A stretch of 64,000 bases of DNA from Halocafeteria seosinensis (Eukaryota), in assembly GCA_001687465.1 (NCBI GenBank), contig LVLI01000905.1, positions 1-64,000 on the forward strand. The letters are read 5' to 3'. The notes under the pieces are model-generated. The model made no database searches. It saw nothing but the letters and a program-made list of their open reading frames with translations, and had not been told where the DNA came from. Within the stretch, counting starts at the first letter, position 1. Each line of letters begins with the position of its first letter. Made by a program: the position numbers and the translations under genes. Of this stretch, positions 38,689 to 53,461 are shown in pieces.

Positions 38689-39534
38689 TCCTGCCCGACT
38701 ACTGTATACCTGGTTGGGCACCAAACAACCCTACAATATCGCCAGCCCTGATAAACTGCTGTGAAGTTCAGCGACGCAACAAATAACTGCCAGTTCAGGC
38801 GAAGGTGGCATTGCCTCGGGGCCCCAGCAGGAAGCCCAAAGAAATTTGGCAGTCACCGTGGAAAAAGTACCGTGACCGTTTGAGTTCATCAAAAAAGTTG
38901 GAACAGGAGCTACTTGTAATATGTTTATTGGATGTACGGAGTGCGAGTGGAAGTCAGCGGGAAGCCAACAGCCGAATACCGGTACTGTATCCACGGGGTA
39001 TCTTCTCTTACGAGGCGGATTTTTCCTTTTGATCAACTACGTAAAAGCTCCCCATAGCCATTGTGAAAACTTGGTGTGGTGAATGGAAGACCATCAATTT
39101 TTTCATGTCTTCCGACATGGGTGTTTCAATATTGGAAGACCGCCTTTACAGCGCGTTATGCGTCATAGCGAGCAATTCTAAGGGCATCAATGATGATGAG
39201 TTAACGCACGCACCAATGCATCGAGCAACATTGCCAATTGGTTGAGTATACTGGTATTTGATTGAAATGGCATTCTAGACTGGACAGAATCGCGCGCGTG
39301 CGACCGAAATTGCGACCGCTCCGTCATTGTCTTCCACAGTTCCCTGCCTGACCTATGTTTTCATAGCCTTGTTGATTCATTGTCTAATAAAAATACTACT
39401 GACACTTTATTGACTGAAGAGTGCACGCAGTTGGTGGCGCAAGGGAGCTGTTAGTGGACCACCGCACCCAAACCGTCGCATCCGTTAACCAGAATTGTGC
39501 ATTTGATGGACGCCACAAGGGCTGCGCAGCTATA

Positions 39535-41573
39535 ATGACCTCCACACAGCAGCAAGAGCAGGCATTCGCCTTTGCTGTGGAGAAGCCGCGAGTTCCTGTA
39601 GAGGAACCGGCGGCCATCGATGAGAACATGATCTCTAACGCGGTACAGCTTGAGCGACAACTACTGCTGGAAGAAGATGCTGAGCGACAAGCGCAGCAAA
39701 AGGAGGATCCTTTAGCAACAGGTATGACGTTATACGAGTAGAAACCCCATGCATGGTTCCATACTGTGTTCGTGAGTTTTTGATATTTGCAGATGCATTG
39801 CAAGCGAAGCGACTGGAGGAAATGGAGTTGTACGAGTTGGAAGGCGTTGCGCTATCATTTCGAAAAATTCATAAAATTGAAAACCTGGACGCTTTCACAA
39901 AGCTTCGCACATTACAATTGGATAACAATGACATTGACAAAATTCAAAATTTAGGTAGGTTCCGAAGCATGTAAATGCTTGTTTGGATGGGCTGTGCTCT
40001 TACTGATTAATCGCACTACAGATAAGCTGACAAATTTGGAGTGGCTGGATCTATCCTTCAACAGAATAGAAAAAATTGAAGGGTTGGATAATTTAACAAA
40101 CTTGACAGATTTGAGCCTGGCAAACAACAATATCAGCAATGTCGATAATTTGGAATGCTTACAGAACCTAGAGGTATGACTCCGCCGCAGACTCAAACTA
40201 GATTTGCACTAGAGCACCCTAAATACTCCTTCTTTTCCAGGTTTTATCTCTCGCTAATAACCAAATCAACAGTATGGCCGAGGTCACTAAATTGCGCCAG
40301 TTGCCGAACTTGAAAGTGCTTTGTCTAGATGGTTAGTAGCAAGAGGAAGACCCCATCGCCGAGTCAGTGCTCAAACGGTTGTTGCATAATTTGCAGGGAA
40401 TCCTGTATCCCACGGGGAAGCCGATATACGCGGGGCAGTGATCGCCCGCTTACCATCTTTACATTATTTAGATTACAAACTTGTCACCGATGAAGAGCGT
40501 GAGACAGCTTTCACCGATCATCGTGCAGATGTTGAGAAGCTTAAGCGGAATGAAGAGCAATTAAAACAAAAGCAGAAACAGGAAGCAGAACAGCAGGAAT
40601 ACTTGAAACATGTCCGAAGTGCCGGTTTGGAACGTCTATACACTATATGGAGTACCATGTCGGAAGAGGATGAAGATCGCGAAAGATTGATGAGAATCCC
40701 TGATATGGACAACATGTGGAACAGCTACTACGAGAAAGTGAATAAAATCATCGATGATTGTCTCAAAGAGATGATGAAGATTGAAGAAAAGATGACGGCC
40801 GAAAAGCAAGATATTGATGATGCTTTGGATGTAACAAAGGAGCGAGCGGACCTCAAGATGCAGCATCGAGTAGACGAGTTTTACAGAGAGCGAAAACATA
40901 CCTTACGATACTTGGAAGAGCATGACATGGAAGAAGAGGAGGAACAAGAAATGCTGCAAAAATTGAAAGATAAAAACCACCAGATGAAATCGGAACTACT
41001 GGAGGAGGAGAACACGCTGAACGAAACCAGAAGTTCCATGCTGAGCGCCTTTGAGACAGCATTTGCCGATTTCGCTGTGCAGCGTTTGGAAACTGCAAAC
41101 AAGTTGTTCCGAGCAATGGAAAAGGAGGAGCAAACTTTCCGCGATGAATGCAAATCTCATGTCCTCAATATGGTGGAGAGATATGCCGAAGGACAACCGC
41201 TGATTACTTCCCAGGGGGTATTCAAAGCGGATGACTTGGAGGGCGAAACGCAAGCCTTGTTGCAAGATCGCGAAGGAGCTGTCGCCACTGTTGGATCTAG
41301 CCATGACTATCGTATGTCTCGAATTCTCAAACAAGAAGATTTGGTAAGTTTGTGCAAAACATTGCGTTTATGTGAACTTCTTGAAGAGATGTTTTACACC
41401 CGCAGTTCCGAGTGGATGAGAAACAACGTGAGAAGGACACTGTTCATGGGAGAATGTCCCAGGAGCATAATCGCAATAGAGCACGGTTGGATGAGATTGT
41501 TTCTATTGTCGAACGCAATGACCGTGAAGTCGATGATGTCATTGCTGGGTTGCAGCAAGACGAAGAAATCTGA
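39535..41573 (+). CDS. DRC3: Dynein regulatory complex subunit 3 (LRRC48); multi-exon
   Basis: SDS22-like LRRs [12 protein letters not shown]...[14 protein letters not shown]|..[17 protein letters not shown], LRRcap LPSLHYLDY, a long coiled coil, and last exon [12 protein letters not shown]. Confidence 0.88.
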
Positions 41574-41930
41574 TTCAATTCTAAACAATTTCCCGTCACT
41601 CCAAATGGTAGTTCTGAACCACACCACGTTGTACAGGTTCGTTCAATTCAATGAATCGTCCTCTTGGTAACCTTTTGAAGCATTGCATTGTAGCAGCGTT
41701 GCGTGGTGCAGTAGTACAAGCAGTCTTGGCACTCCTGGTGGACATTGGATTAGCGTGCAGCTTACGCAAGTTAAGTTACTTAGTTAACCTTAACTGTTAA
41801 AGACTTCAAGCCTGAAATTCTTAGTCAATCAAGCAATTCCACAATACTTTTTCGGAATTGTGAATTTTTATCTTACATATCATCATTTTTCATATAGTAT
41901 CTATTATATTCATAATAATCGTCGATTATC

Positions 41931-44900
41931 ATGGAACCTTTGCGTCATCGTGGTAGTAATGGTCCCGGGAATACTGGCGGAAGCTCACCGCGTCCCTCCA
42001 GTCCCAGTCCTCTAGCGCATCAACAGCAGTCCCATAGCTCCTCTGCGCATCAAAGTGCCAGCTCCAAGGAAGCCCCGCGTGTGTCCTCGTTGAGACAGCA
42101 TAGGAAAGCGAAACAGGAAGGAGAGGAGGAAGAGGACAATGTGGGACTTCAACTGCTGTCCTCGTCCCCATCTTCCTCCTCTCCTTACGAGACGGATAGC
42201 TCCCCTTCAGAGGCCTTAACACACGCAAGCACATCGTACATGTCTTCCCCCTTTCGAGCGGCAGGAGCTACTGTGCCGAAAGAGGGCGTGAATGGCGAAG
42301 GAGTGGTGTGCAACGAAGGTCTTTCCCACCTGATTCGGGCCACCAGAGGCTGCGTGGAAGCCTGTGAGAAGACAAGGAGGCTCGTTGATGAAGACTCCGA
42401 GTTGTTGGATGCATACCACATTCATGAAGATATACGCGAAGTTTCGCTGAGCTTGGCCACTTTGGACCGGTCGTTATGCAGTTTTTGCTGTGAGGTTCTG
42501 GAGGAAGCGGGAGGAGTTTCGACCGAACTCTCCAAGTCTGACTTAGCGTCCATTATTGACCAGTACGTCATATGCTGAGACCGATTCTCGCATTAAAGTT
42601 ACTTGACCGTACTCGCTCCGGAAAACACGTTGTCGTTTCGCAGAATTCAGCATCTTCCCGCAAGTATTCAACTGAAAAAACTACCCCCCGGAGGTCTGAC
42701 TTCATTGCTCTATCATTTTCATGTCACTTTGGATGAAGCAAATAAGATAATGGATAGCATAAAACCATCTTGGATGATCGGTCTGATTCGTATGTAACTT
42801 ACACTGAGTTCTTGCTTTGGGCGTTGTTGACTCAGGCATATGTGTCTGCCATACTACCTGCAGGATGGGTATACCCCATTGCAACGTTCCTCTGCATGGT
42901 TGCTATTCACCGGAAGGTATTAACAGCTTCTTCAAAGGCGTTTCGAAGGAGGTGGCCAGCTTCCCTGGCCCTTGGGCTCTTGGCCATTTTACTCTATCGG
43001 CGTTTGCAACACAATACCAGTGCGTTGAGAGCCAGGCTCCGGCAAATGCATAAGCAATTACTCCTACTACTGCGGATCTGGCTAATTAGTGTTGACGTGT
43101 TTAAGACAGCCAATATTTCGAAGAATAAATCCTATGCCTTAATGTTGGGTAACGTCAGCGAGATGAGTCGTCCAAAACCTACTGCGAGAAAACTGCTCGA
43201 GGAAGCTTATCTTCCACAAGATGCAATGTTGTGGTGCAAACGAAATCCGGCGTTAGCATGGTTAAAATACGGCCTGGACTGCATTTATGCCGGGTTTGGT
43301 TTAGGTTTCCAGTGTGGAAGGAACGTCACATGGGCTTTGGAATGGCCTGCCTCCATTGTAGCCATTGTGTATTTTGCATGTCGTCCGGAGAGTGCTTCTC
43401 AGTATGCGGGAAAGACTTTAAAAGGGTGCCCAGTTGAGTTTGTGCAAAGAGTAAGTGCGCTTTGATAGGGACGTGTTATCATCATGGTTTTAACCATACC
43501 GTTTGGGCGCTTTATTGTGCAGGTCTGGCGACTGCTCGATTCTACTCCGGCGAGAATGTTGGCGGGACTAACGCTTCCTGACCTGAATTTCAATGAGGCA
43601 CTGAACATTGCTGGTGCCAGTTGTCATCTGTTCTCCGCAGATAGCAACGGTTTGGAAATCAGAAAGTTGAGTAAACTTCAGGCGTGCCCTTTCCCGGAGG
43701 CGCTACTCCAAGCGGCGGATGGTATGGTGGGTACGAATGAGCAAGTACCGCATCCGTCTAATTCTACCTCAAGTGGAAACGGTTTACACGGGCGAAGAGT
43801 GACAAATCCGAGCTTGGTCAACATACAGCCCCCAATGAAGCGGTTTAAGTTTCGACAAACTCTCGGTACCATTTTGTCTCCAGACAGTGAAAATACATCT
43901 CCTGACAAAGCTGGAGACATCGAAAGCATTAAACTTCCGCCTGCTCAGAGCAACGTGGGAAGAGTGGCTCACTCCAGCAGCTCTACTCAGACGGCTCAGG
44001 CACAAGCGAGTTTTGAGGTAAGTCATGCGGCTGACTGGACTCTTTGAAAACATGTTGGTAATACGTCTTAAACAATTACAGCGTCGGTCTTTGAGCTCCG
44101 TTGGCCTCGGATATTTCAATGAAAATGGAGAGTTCACGCCGAGTTCAGAGCTGTCAGCTCAGTGGAAGCGCACACCTGAGAAGGAGAAGGAACGCTTTCA
44201 AACTATGTCAGAGAAGAAAATTTCACCTGGCGAGGTTGTGTCCAATGTCAAAGTGAGCAGTGACGGGGAAATTGAAGAATACGATTTGTCGTCTCCTCTC
44301 ATGTACCAAGGATCGAGTCCGGAAGCAGAAGATACCGAGGAAAATAATCAAGGTCCACCTACGCTACTTTACGTTCATGGAGGTGGCTTTGTTGGTTCTA
44401 GCTTTGCGTCCGACGCAGTTTTCTTATCGAAATGGGCGAAAGAGAGTGGATTTTCTGTTGTATTTGCTCACTATAGCCTTGCCCCGCAGCACATTTTCCC
44501 TACCGCTTTGAATGAGTGTATGACCCTCTACCAAGCACTGCGGTACAAGGCCCGTTGCCGCCGTATTGTTGTAGCGGGTGAATCGGCTGGAGGACATATT
44601 GCAACGGCACTTGTAATACGATGCATAACTTCAGGAGTACAAGTTCCCGATGGTCTAGTGCTGGGATATCCTTCACTAAATCTGAATGAAGTGACAGGAC
44701 CTTCTCGTGCATTACACTTGAACGATCCACTCGTGCCCATGGGGCTTTTGACAACGTTAGCTAATGCCTACAAGCCTGAGTTTGCGAGAAATTCTCCAAC
44801 GGATAACGCCTACTTGCACCCTGGGTGCGCAACTGATAGAGTTTTACAGTATGTCATACCGAAAAATAGTAATGTTGCTGGTATACTGTTTATGTTGAGT

Positions 44901-45214
44901 AACAATTATTTGCAGGTACTTCCCGACAACGTCCATTGTGGTAGGAGGGCTAGACCCACTGCTAGATGACGCAATTGATTTTAACACACGACTGCGCCGC
45001 GTTGGAGTAACGGGCAGTTTAAAAGGTACGTCTTAAACACTGTTCGCTATTGTATCACACTCCCGTATTTCTTCCAAATCTCCGAATTGCAGTCTTTCGC
45101 TCGTTGCCTCACGGATTTTTCAATTTTAGTTGGCTACCTCTTGCTAGCGAAGGCCTCGACACAGCACGAGAGTGGATAAGCCTTTGTTTGGGTACAGAGC
45201 GTGCTCCACTCTAA
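41931..45214 (+). CDS. Hormone-sensitive-lipase-like alpha/beta hydrolase with long N-terminal extension including hydrophobic helices; multi-exon
   Basis: YVHGGGF oxyanion motif, YSLAPQHIFPTAL, GESAGG nucleophile, GGLDPLLDD, LPHGFF; catalytic triad intact. Confidence 0.88.
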
Positions 45215-45249
45215 CTCCTAATACACACTACACCCTCTCGAAGCATGTT

Positions 45250-48200
45250 CTAGCTATTTTTCTTCCATGCGCTCAGTTGGCGCGGTTGCGCAGAGCGCGA
45301 ACGCAACAAGACTCCAGATCCATTTCGATTACTACCACTGCTACTCGCTCTTTTGGCCGAAGACGGTTTCGGTGGCTTATTGCTTCGAGAGCTTGTTGGG
45401 CAAAGTCCAATTGACTCATTGTCACCATTGAACTCGATTTCGACTCTACTTGTCGCAGGCTCTCCATCACCCTCCCATGGGGAATATTCAGACGCTGCCG
45501 AAGCAGTTCTGGAGCTGAGAGGTTCTGTGCGGTCGGTACCAACGTTGGGTAAGGTGGTAACGGAACGTTGTTCCGCTTCCCCACCTTGGATCCGTTCCTT
45601 CGCCTCAGGCTCTCTTTGTCCACTGTTCGCAATCACAGGTAAGCTGTTGTCAGCATCTGTGGCCGCGGACGAGACGCGAGGTGTCACTGCCGATTCTCTA
45701 TCATCACTTTGTTCCCCCGTTGAAGAGTACTGGTCATCGACATCCTCGTCGATCGAGGAATTACTCGCTTGATCTTTGGCAGCTCTTTTCTTTTTCTTCT
45801 TGGTTGTATGCTTTCGAAGTGGCACTACGGGAGGCTTTCGTACCCACTGAGGTTGCTTTTGATTATCTCGCTTTTCACCTTCGTTACCATTCTCAGATTT
45901 TTTCTCGTTGAGCATGGATAAAGCCTTCAAACGATGCATCGGCGCCATTAGGGCCGAAGCGTCACTCAGTCCCTTCGCTTGATAGGGCTTCTCTCTTACT
46001 ATTTTCTTTTTCTTTCTTTGTCTATCCGCCGTACTTGAAGGAGCCGTTTGGCAGCGCTGATCTTTGTCATTGCTATCCTCACCTCTTGACATGATTTCTG
46101 CAGCGGCATCCTTCAGTCCCGACTCTCGGAGAAGCTTCACCAGCTCTGATATCTCAAGGTTGTCATCTGAAGGACAATCGTCACTAGCATCACTCTTGTG
46201 CTCTTCATCCTCTTCCACTGTCGTTTGCTCTACTGTGTCTTGGATGCTTAGCACATGCTGACACGCTTTTCCAAGAGAATGATCGGTCCTTGAGAAATCA
46301 ATTGGTGGGGACTTTTGTAAGTCCAGGTTTATTGTCGCATTTCCGTCCAGCAGCTGCATTGTTTCCGATTCTTCGCCAATCCACTTGATAGCACCGTAGT
46401 ACGTTGAAAAGTCGGCATCGCTTGGTGTAAGCGTTTCAGGCTTGTCGTTCGAATCTCTCCATGAGCAATCGGTTCCGCTGGTTAACCCGAACAATTTGGC
46501 CCACTTCTTTGAGCTTTTATCGTCAGCTTTCTTCGTCGCTTTGAATGACTCCTGCTCATAGCGACTCTTTGAAGACGGCGACAGAGTGTCTCGGAAACTA
46601 ATGGTACGTTCGGGGCTCAAGAGTGGATCAGCTGAGTCTCCTTGTGGTAAGGCACTCTGGTCACCACTTTGGTCGCGTCGAAAGACTTCGCCCATCAAAG
46701 AGTCTGAGTGATAGAGCAGAGTGGAAATAGAGAGATGTCGCACGATAGTATCGATAACAGACATTCTTTGAGCGGTGATCGCAGATAGCGCTCGAGTGGC
46801 TTGACCCTCGCACAGCTTCTTATTGAGCAGGAGGGTGTACATCGCTTTAACAAAATCTCCACCAGCTATCATGTAATCTGCACAGCACACCGGAAACTCC
46901 TACCCAGGTGAAGAAATCCGGAACATCCTATACAGCAGCCAACATACCAGTTTCATTAAAGTGGAATCCATTACTTCCGCAGAAACTTGCTTCGCATGTG
47001 TATGCCAACGGTATTTGCAGCTCCCGGAAAACGACGGAACGCGCTGTACCCGTTTTATCCTTCGTCAGCTTGAAACGACATTTATCGAACGAAAACGAGG
47101 AGGTATTATCCGACTGCGACATCAACAATTCGCCAAGATAGATGCGTGAGAATCTCCACATACTATACCGCAAGTGATACATACGAGGACCGCCGGGACG
47201 ACCTTGATTAACCTGTCAAGTTCACCTTTAGGCCAACACATCCAGCCGGGATCTCTCCTTGAAATGAGAGGATCAGTCCATTGTGGAGGGCCACTATGGT
47301 GTCTATTCGCCTCCATGCTCATTTTTACTTTCATCTTCGAGCCAAACATATCTACGGTAGCATCACATAGGCTGCTTATCATGGATAACGGGTTCTTCGG
47401 GTCAACGACGGAGGACGACGAGCCACTCTCTTCTCTCGTACTAGGATTAGCCGAAGTGCATCCCCACTGCCCGTTCCCTTTGGTAGCACTACCGGGACAC
47501 GAGTAGAAGAAAATACCTTGTTGCCGACTCTGTCAAAAAAAAAAAAAAAACCAACAAAAAGCACAACGCTGGTTGCACCAGATACAAGTGAACAAAATTG
47601 GTAAACAATGTACTTACATGACCATGAAAATCGCAATAAAGCGCTACCCCTACCGTGTTATTTAAGGTTTCCATCATGGTCTTGAGATTATAAATGGTTG
47701 GATGAAGAACGCGGTGGGGATATTTCCATCTCCGGTTCAAGTCCGCTCCCGCTAAGCTGCACACAGGTATACCTCTATGCACAGAAGAAAACATACAACG
47801 GGAGCAAGCTATGCGAACTTACCTCGTTCTATAGTTCCCGTTAATTACACCATCGACGTTTAGCATAGGAATGATGCGTATTGTGTAGTGGCGCCGGAGC
47901 CACTTCGCACAACCATGGTCACTCAGGAGCTGTCTAATCACACCTTCCATTACCCAAGAGGCATTGCTTTCTCCTGGGTGTACTCGGGCAGAGAGGACGA
48001 TAACTGCAAATATCATTATCCACGTCAGTGGGAGCTCGAGTAAGACAACATGGAATGGACGGGATACTTACCTTGCCGTTTGGAAGGTCTCCGTAAGTCC
48101 TCACCTTCCTCAGCAATTGTCAGCATTTCGCATTTGTTTCCTGCCATTGTTTCACACAATCGTTCCTTGGTGACAAGCGGCTTTAAAGAGGGAGTGTTAA

Positions 48201-50663
48201 CAATCTGGCGTAGTATTCGACATAAATCTGCATCCCGAAACAGACATACCATTTGTCTCAACTTGTCTGCTCTCCCTGATTGGCGTAACTTACCGGTGTA
48301 CGTGTACGGATAACACATAGCAAAGTAACATAGATCGTGCCTATATTTGAACGTGTGAGTAAACGTCAAAACATAGAACCTTTCGCTGGAGTCTGCATCC
48401 GCCGGTACCTGCGGAATTATACCCAAAGCCGAATGTTACGGACTATCGTATAAAATGTGCTGAAGCTGAGACGACTTACTTTATAGTAACAAATTTGTTC
48501 GCAGTCAGAGTCAACATAACGAAATCTCGATTTCCGGTCGCTGGGAGTACTGTCGGTTGTCTCCCCATCACCCGATGTAGAGCCTTCATTGTCGCCCATT
48601 GTATACCCGCAGCGATACCAACCACGTCCATCTCTTTCGGATTCTCCAACGCTGTATGCCAGCGGTAGCATACCATAATTGTACATAGAGTCCGGTTTCG
48701 AAAAATTTGTAATGTGGAAAACATAAGGCACGCCAGGTTGCACATTCGAGACCGAGAAGAAAAACCTGCAGTCATACTTAAGCGTCGGTAAGATATAGTG
48801 GAAACCCCAGGAAATCAGAACTCTTCTAAACTTACCATTGTCTATGTCCTCGACTATGCACGTCATTGTGCATATGAAGCTCATATTCTTGAGCGCCTGC
48901 ACTATCAAAGAAGGATTGCATACCTCACAATAATACTATGAGGCATGTTCAAACTTACAAGGCGCATTATCTTTCCGTTGAACGCGCATAGCCTTGCGAA
49001 GGTTACCGGCTTCAAAATGGGAATCGAACACTACATCAGTAGGCGCTAGCACACGAGAAAAGTTAAACGAATCAGAGTAAGCATAAACCACCTTTCGAGG
49101 TGCGGCGCCGTCGCGAGGAAACCGTCTTTGAAAAGCAGCCTTGTTGATTTTTGCAGAATGCATGGGTTCGGGCTCGGCGTCTCGGGGATTCACGGTGTCA
49201 AAGCGTACGCTGTTCAATGCCTTCCTTCGCAATATTGTGCCTGTATGTTGCGGAGGGATACGTTTTTCGAAATTATGCTGTAACGGCGCCACATCAGAGG
49301 ATTCACTTGAGTCTTCGGACTCCTCGTCATTTCCAGAATTGTTATTATGCGATGCACTGTCCGTAGTGCCACCGTAAACCATTGGGGAAAACGCAGCAGC
49401 CTCATTATCTGTGGAGCCGTTACCATGACTCCGTAATCTCAACCTTTGGTTCGTTTTCCGGGTTACATCGCCAGAATATTCTTCACATCGGTCGATGTCC
49501 GGTACAACCGGGGTATGGGGATGCTGCTCGTCCAAAGACTCCTTGAACTCTCCATTAGAATCGGGCTTGCTCCTTAGTGGCCAAAATCCATTTTCGAAGC
49601 CATCAAGGAAAGATTTTCTGGGTACTGCGAGATACTTTGACCTTGCACTTTCAGATCTTCGGAGAGTGCCTGACCGGGGAGTTCCAGAGCTTGGACTGTG
49701 TGCCTCCTGCTTTTTCGAGTTGCTACCGTGAGAATCTTCCCTACTACGATTGTAGGGTTGAGGGGAGCTGGCGGATGGTATCTGACTCCAACTCATGATC
49801 TTGCGCATAGTGCTACTCTGGCGTGCGCTGTGGTCATTCGTTTCGGAGGATTCCTCATTCCCACTTTGAAGAGACTCAAACGAATTCGTGGACGTCTTGT
49901 TCCGACTTTGACGATAGCTCAAGTGCCTCGAAACGTACGTTCTCGTTCGATAGCTGGTGCTGCTGGACAGTAAAGCGCTGTGGGGGCGTTGCTTGCTGCG
50001 TTGGGACTCATTCTGGCAACTTGGAGATCGTGTTTCTTCCCCTTCCTTCTCTTGTTGTTGAGTGAGTGCAGCGCTGATATGAAAATGCGATTTTGAATGC
50101 AGCTTGTTGTTTCCTTTCGAATGCTGTTTGTCGTCCTTTTTCATCGAGATATTGTCAAGTAAAGGAGATTCTTCCTCGTCATTGCAGGAATCATGGGATG
50201 GAGCCTTCCCCAAAGACATACTCTTCGTTCGCTGCGGTGACGTGACCGCCAGTTTAGTGTCACCCTCTAACGTATCCCCACTGCTCTGAGACCTGTATTT
50301 TTGGTCCCTAATCCTCCTCCGAAGTTTTTGTGTCATGAATGCATTAAAGGTTGCAGGTTGTTGCTCCAGGTTCTCAATCGCCTCTTCAAAGGACCCATTG
50401 CTGCTTCCCGGCACCACTCCCGTCAGAGGCGACGGGGGCGTCTGCTTAGTGGGAGTACTCGGCACGGGTGAATTGGACCTCTTATCACCTGTGGACCACG
50501 TAAAGACCCCTGTAGACGCTGTAGCGGTAGCGCTCCCGCCGGCGATAACCGGAGATGGGGGGAAAATGGCGTTATGTTGCTCCATGACAGCCTTTCCAGC
50601 ACGATTCCCTAGTACATGGTCGTGTGCTCTTGTGTCTGGTCCACTTGGAAGTGGGAAAAGCAC
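45250..50663 (-). CDS. Cytosolic carboxypeptidase (M14D, CCP/AGBL tubulin deglutamylase family); multi-exon; start uncertain
   Basis: [80 protein letters not shown]. Zinc ligands and catalytic Glu present. Confidence 0.93.
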
Positions 50664-51619
50664 TTAAATAGCCGTGTAAAACACGACTGAAACACAGCAC
50701 CACCTTCAAGATATCCCCTTTTTGTCTCTTTTCTGCCCGATATCGCCTCTATGCCGTCCTTTTCAATGCTTCCACCGGCACGAACAATTGTCCCCGTGTA
50801 TGTACACTCGGCCCCCCCCCTTCGAAATCGGATCGAAAAATGAGCTGTGGGAGCCAGAGGAACGTGTTTTCGCCTCTAGCCGTTAGTACGGCAGAACAGG
50901 AAGTTTTGGTCGCTTGTCGGGGAAACACTGGAAGCGTTGGCTGCTTGTCTGCCAAAGATCCGTCGACCTCATAAAGAGTGCGGCCAGTGGATCGGCTTGC
51001 GCTATGTCGACAATCCTACTGCTAGTGGAATGAATGAAAAAATAGAGTGGGGTAGTATACAGGAGTGTATACTGTAGGGAATAGCAAGAAACCACGAGGT
51101 CGCAAGAGCACGTTTGCTTCCTAACCGCTGCTGCCGAAACAGAGGGGGGAAAGAAACCCCGGACGAAAACACCCTCTTCTCTGGCGTTCTGTGTTTCGCG
51201 GGTACTCTCTCAAGCACGGTATTTCTCTTCCACATTAACCAGAAATATCTGCCCCCCTGCCTGACACGTTGCGTGTAGCGTGTCAAGCCTTTGGATAATC
51301 GAAAGCAAAAGTCGAAAACCCAGGCGGGAACACCACTTGTTGCGGGAGCAGTCCTGCGGGCAGAAAAACAAGCTGTTCTACAAATTGTCCACGACAAAGG
51401 GTTTAACCTACGACGTGGTGCTAGACGACAAATGAAGTATAAGAGAAGGCAATAGAAGCGTTCTGGACGTAATCTGGGGTAGAGTGGATGCGGAGCAAGG
51501 TGTCCGCTCCGGCTGGACCGAGGGTTTTTACGTTAATTTAACCAGTGATGTAACCATGCCATACCAAATGTGCAGGAATTAACTGTGTATTGAGATCAGA
51601 CCAAAGTTACAGGAGTGTG

Positions 51620-53139
51620 CTAAAAGTCCAAGCCATCTAATGGACCCTTGCGCGATGGCTGGAGTGTAATGTGGTTTTGTCCCCTCGACTTGCTATCGCC
51701 GTTCGCTTGACAACACCCTGATTCCTCCCCAGTATTGACATCCCCAGTTTTACAGCAGGATGTGTTACTACTAGGAGAACTGCAGCCTTCACTATTGGCT
51801 TGTTCATTATCAAGTTTCTTCCGCACTCGCTCTGTTGCCAAGCCCATGCGCGGCTTTCCTTTATCCAGTCCATCCAAAAGCACGCAGGCCTTACAAAGGC
51901 GCTGTGACGATATATAGCCGCAATTTTCACATTTGCGAAGTGTCGGCATCTTTGCCTTAGCGGACTCTGAATTCGATTGATCAATCCGAAAGGATTCCGC
52001 AGAGTAGATTATATCCAATATGCTGGAGGGTCGTATCGCCTCCAGATCTTTCAGGAATTCCCTTGCGTATCCACGGTAGGCATTGGGTGAATAAATGCAT
52101 TCCGTTGAAAAATAATCCAATTTCTTGAAATACGCGTAGAGCACAATTTCTTTCTCGTAAGTATACTTGAATGGCTTGCATCGAGGCATCGTATTCCCCA
52201 TGCCAGTCGTGATGGAAACACACCGAGCTAAGCGAGCTATGTCACCCCTCAAAATATTCATCAATACAGTTTCTGCAACATCATCGGCGTTATGTCCTGT
52301 TACAATCTTATCGGCATTCATGAAAGCTGCTCCTCGGTCTAATGCTTGGCGACGGAAGACTCCACAAAACGTGCCTGCAAACACAAGGATTCAAGTCAAT
52401 AAGAGAGGCAATGTGTGACACGTTACTAGAAGCACACTCACAGTTATTCCGCAAACCTATTCTCTCCACGATTTCATCCATGGACCATCCGTAGAGGTCC
52501 TTGTACGATACGATTCGCAGCGGTACCTGGTACTGTTGCTGGTTTCGTTTCACAGTCTGCGCCAAAACGCAACGAGTCATGTCAACTACCACCTTCGACG
52601 CTTTGCAAGAAAGGAGGACAACTCACCTCCAAAGAATCGTCACGGTATCCAGTAATTCCCTCATCAATGGAGAGAAGAAACAAGTCTAAACCATACGAGT
52701 ACCGTTCATTCAGGGTTGTCATAATTTGGGCCAGAACGGTGGAATCTGCGTTGTCAAGTAATTTATCACTTTTGTTGAATGATGACGAGTCTGTATGACG
52801 GCGACGACGACATATACCTTTGCCCCCAGAAGCAGCGATGGCAACACGCTCTCCTGGCTTGAATAATTCATTGTCTATAATGGTCTGATGAATTTCGACT
52901 TCAAAGCACTCATAAAAACATCCCTTGCAGATCTTTTTCCCCGTTTTCGGACGCACGAGAGCCGGCCGATTCTCTTGACAGACGTAGCACACAGGCTTCG
53001 GCTTCGACTTCTTCTTCCTGGGGGCTGTCTGACCCTCACTAGAGGCTGTAGGATGGCTTTGATGCGTAGGAGTCGGTGTCTCTTCACACCGACGAGAAGA
53101 AGCTGCACTGGCGTGCTGCTCCTCCCCGTCCTCACCCAT
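51620..53139 (-). CDS. CTU1: Cytoplasmic tRNA 2-thiolation protein 1; 4 exons
   Basis: N-terminal CxxC...CxxC, PP-loop [63 protein letters not shown]-terminal CxxC...CxxC. Confidence 0.96.
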
Positions 53140-53461
53140 TTTAGTGGCCCCACTTTCCTTATATATGTTTATTATCTATCTATCTATCTATAGGGCGTTT
53201 TTCCGTGACAATTCCTGCCATTATAGTGCTTGAAATGGACTAGTATTCGCAAGTTGAAGTTCTTAGTAGCAGAAATGTTTGACGCATCTGAGAACAAGAA
53301 ACCGAGCTCATTTAACGCACTATATATGCGTTTATAAGAGTCGTTTTGTTGACAGAACCGTGGCCATATATCACACACAGACGTGTGTGTATTGTATTTT
53401 GGGTTGGGATTTGTTTTGCGTTACGCGTAGTCGACGTTTGCCCTCATGGAGACCGCCAGGA

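Noticed and set aside
38731..39245. Protein-like minus-strand frames upstream of the FIT gene
   Set aside because: Interrupted by stops in all frames; no recognisable family or consistent splice model.
47535..47550. A16 run as a retroposon tail
   Set aside because: It is the polypyrimidine tract of a minus-strand CCP intron just before the ACAG acceptor.
53160..53192. (TATC)n microsatellite in the CTU1/paralog 1 divergent spacer
   Set aside because: Ordinary short simple repeat.
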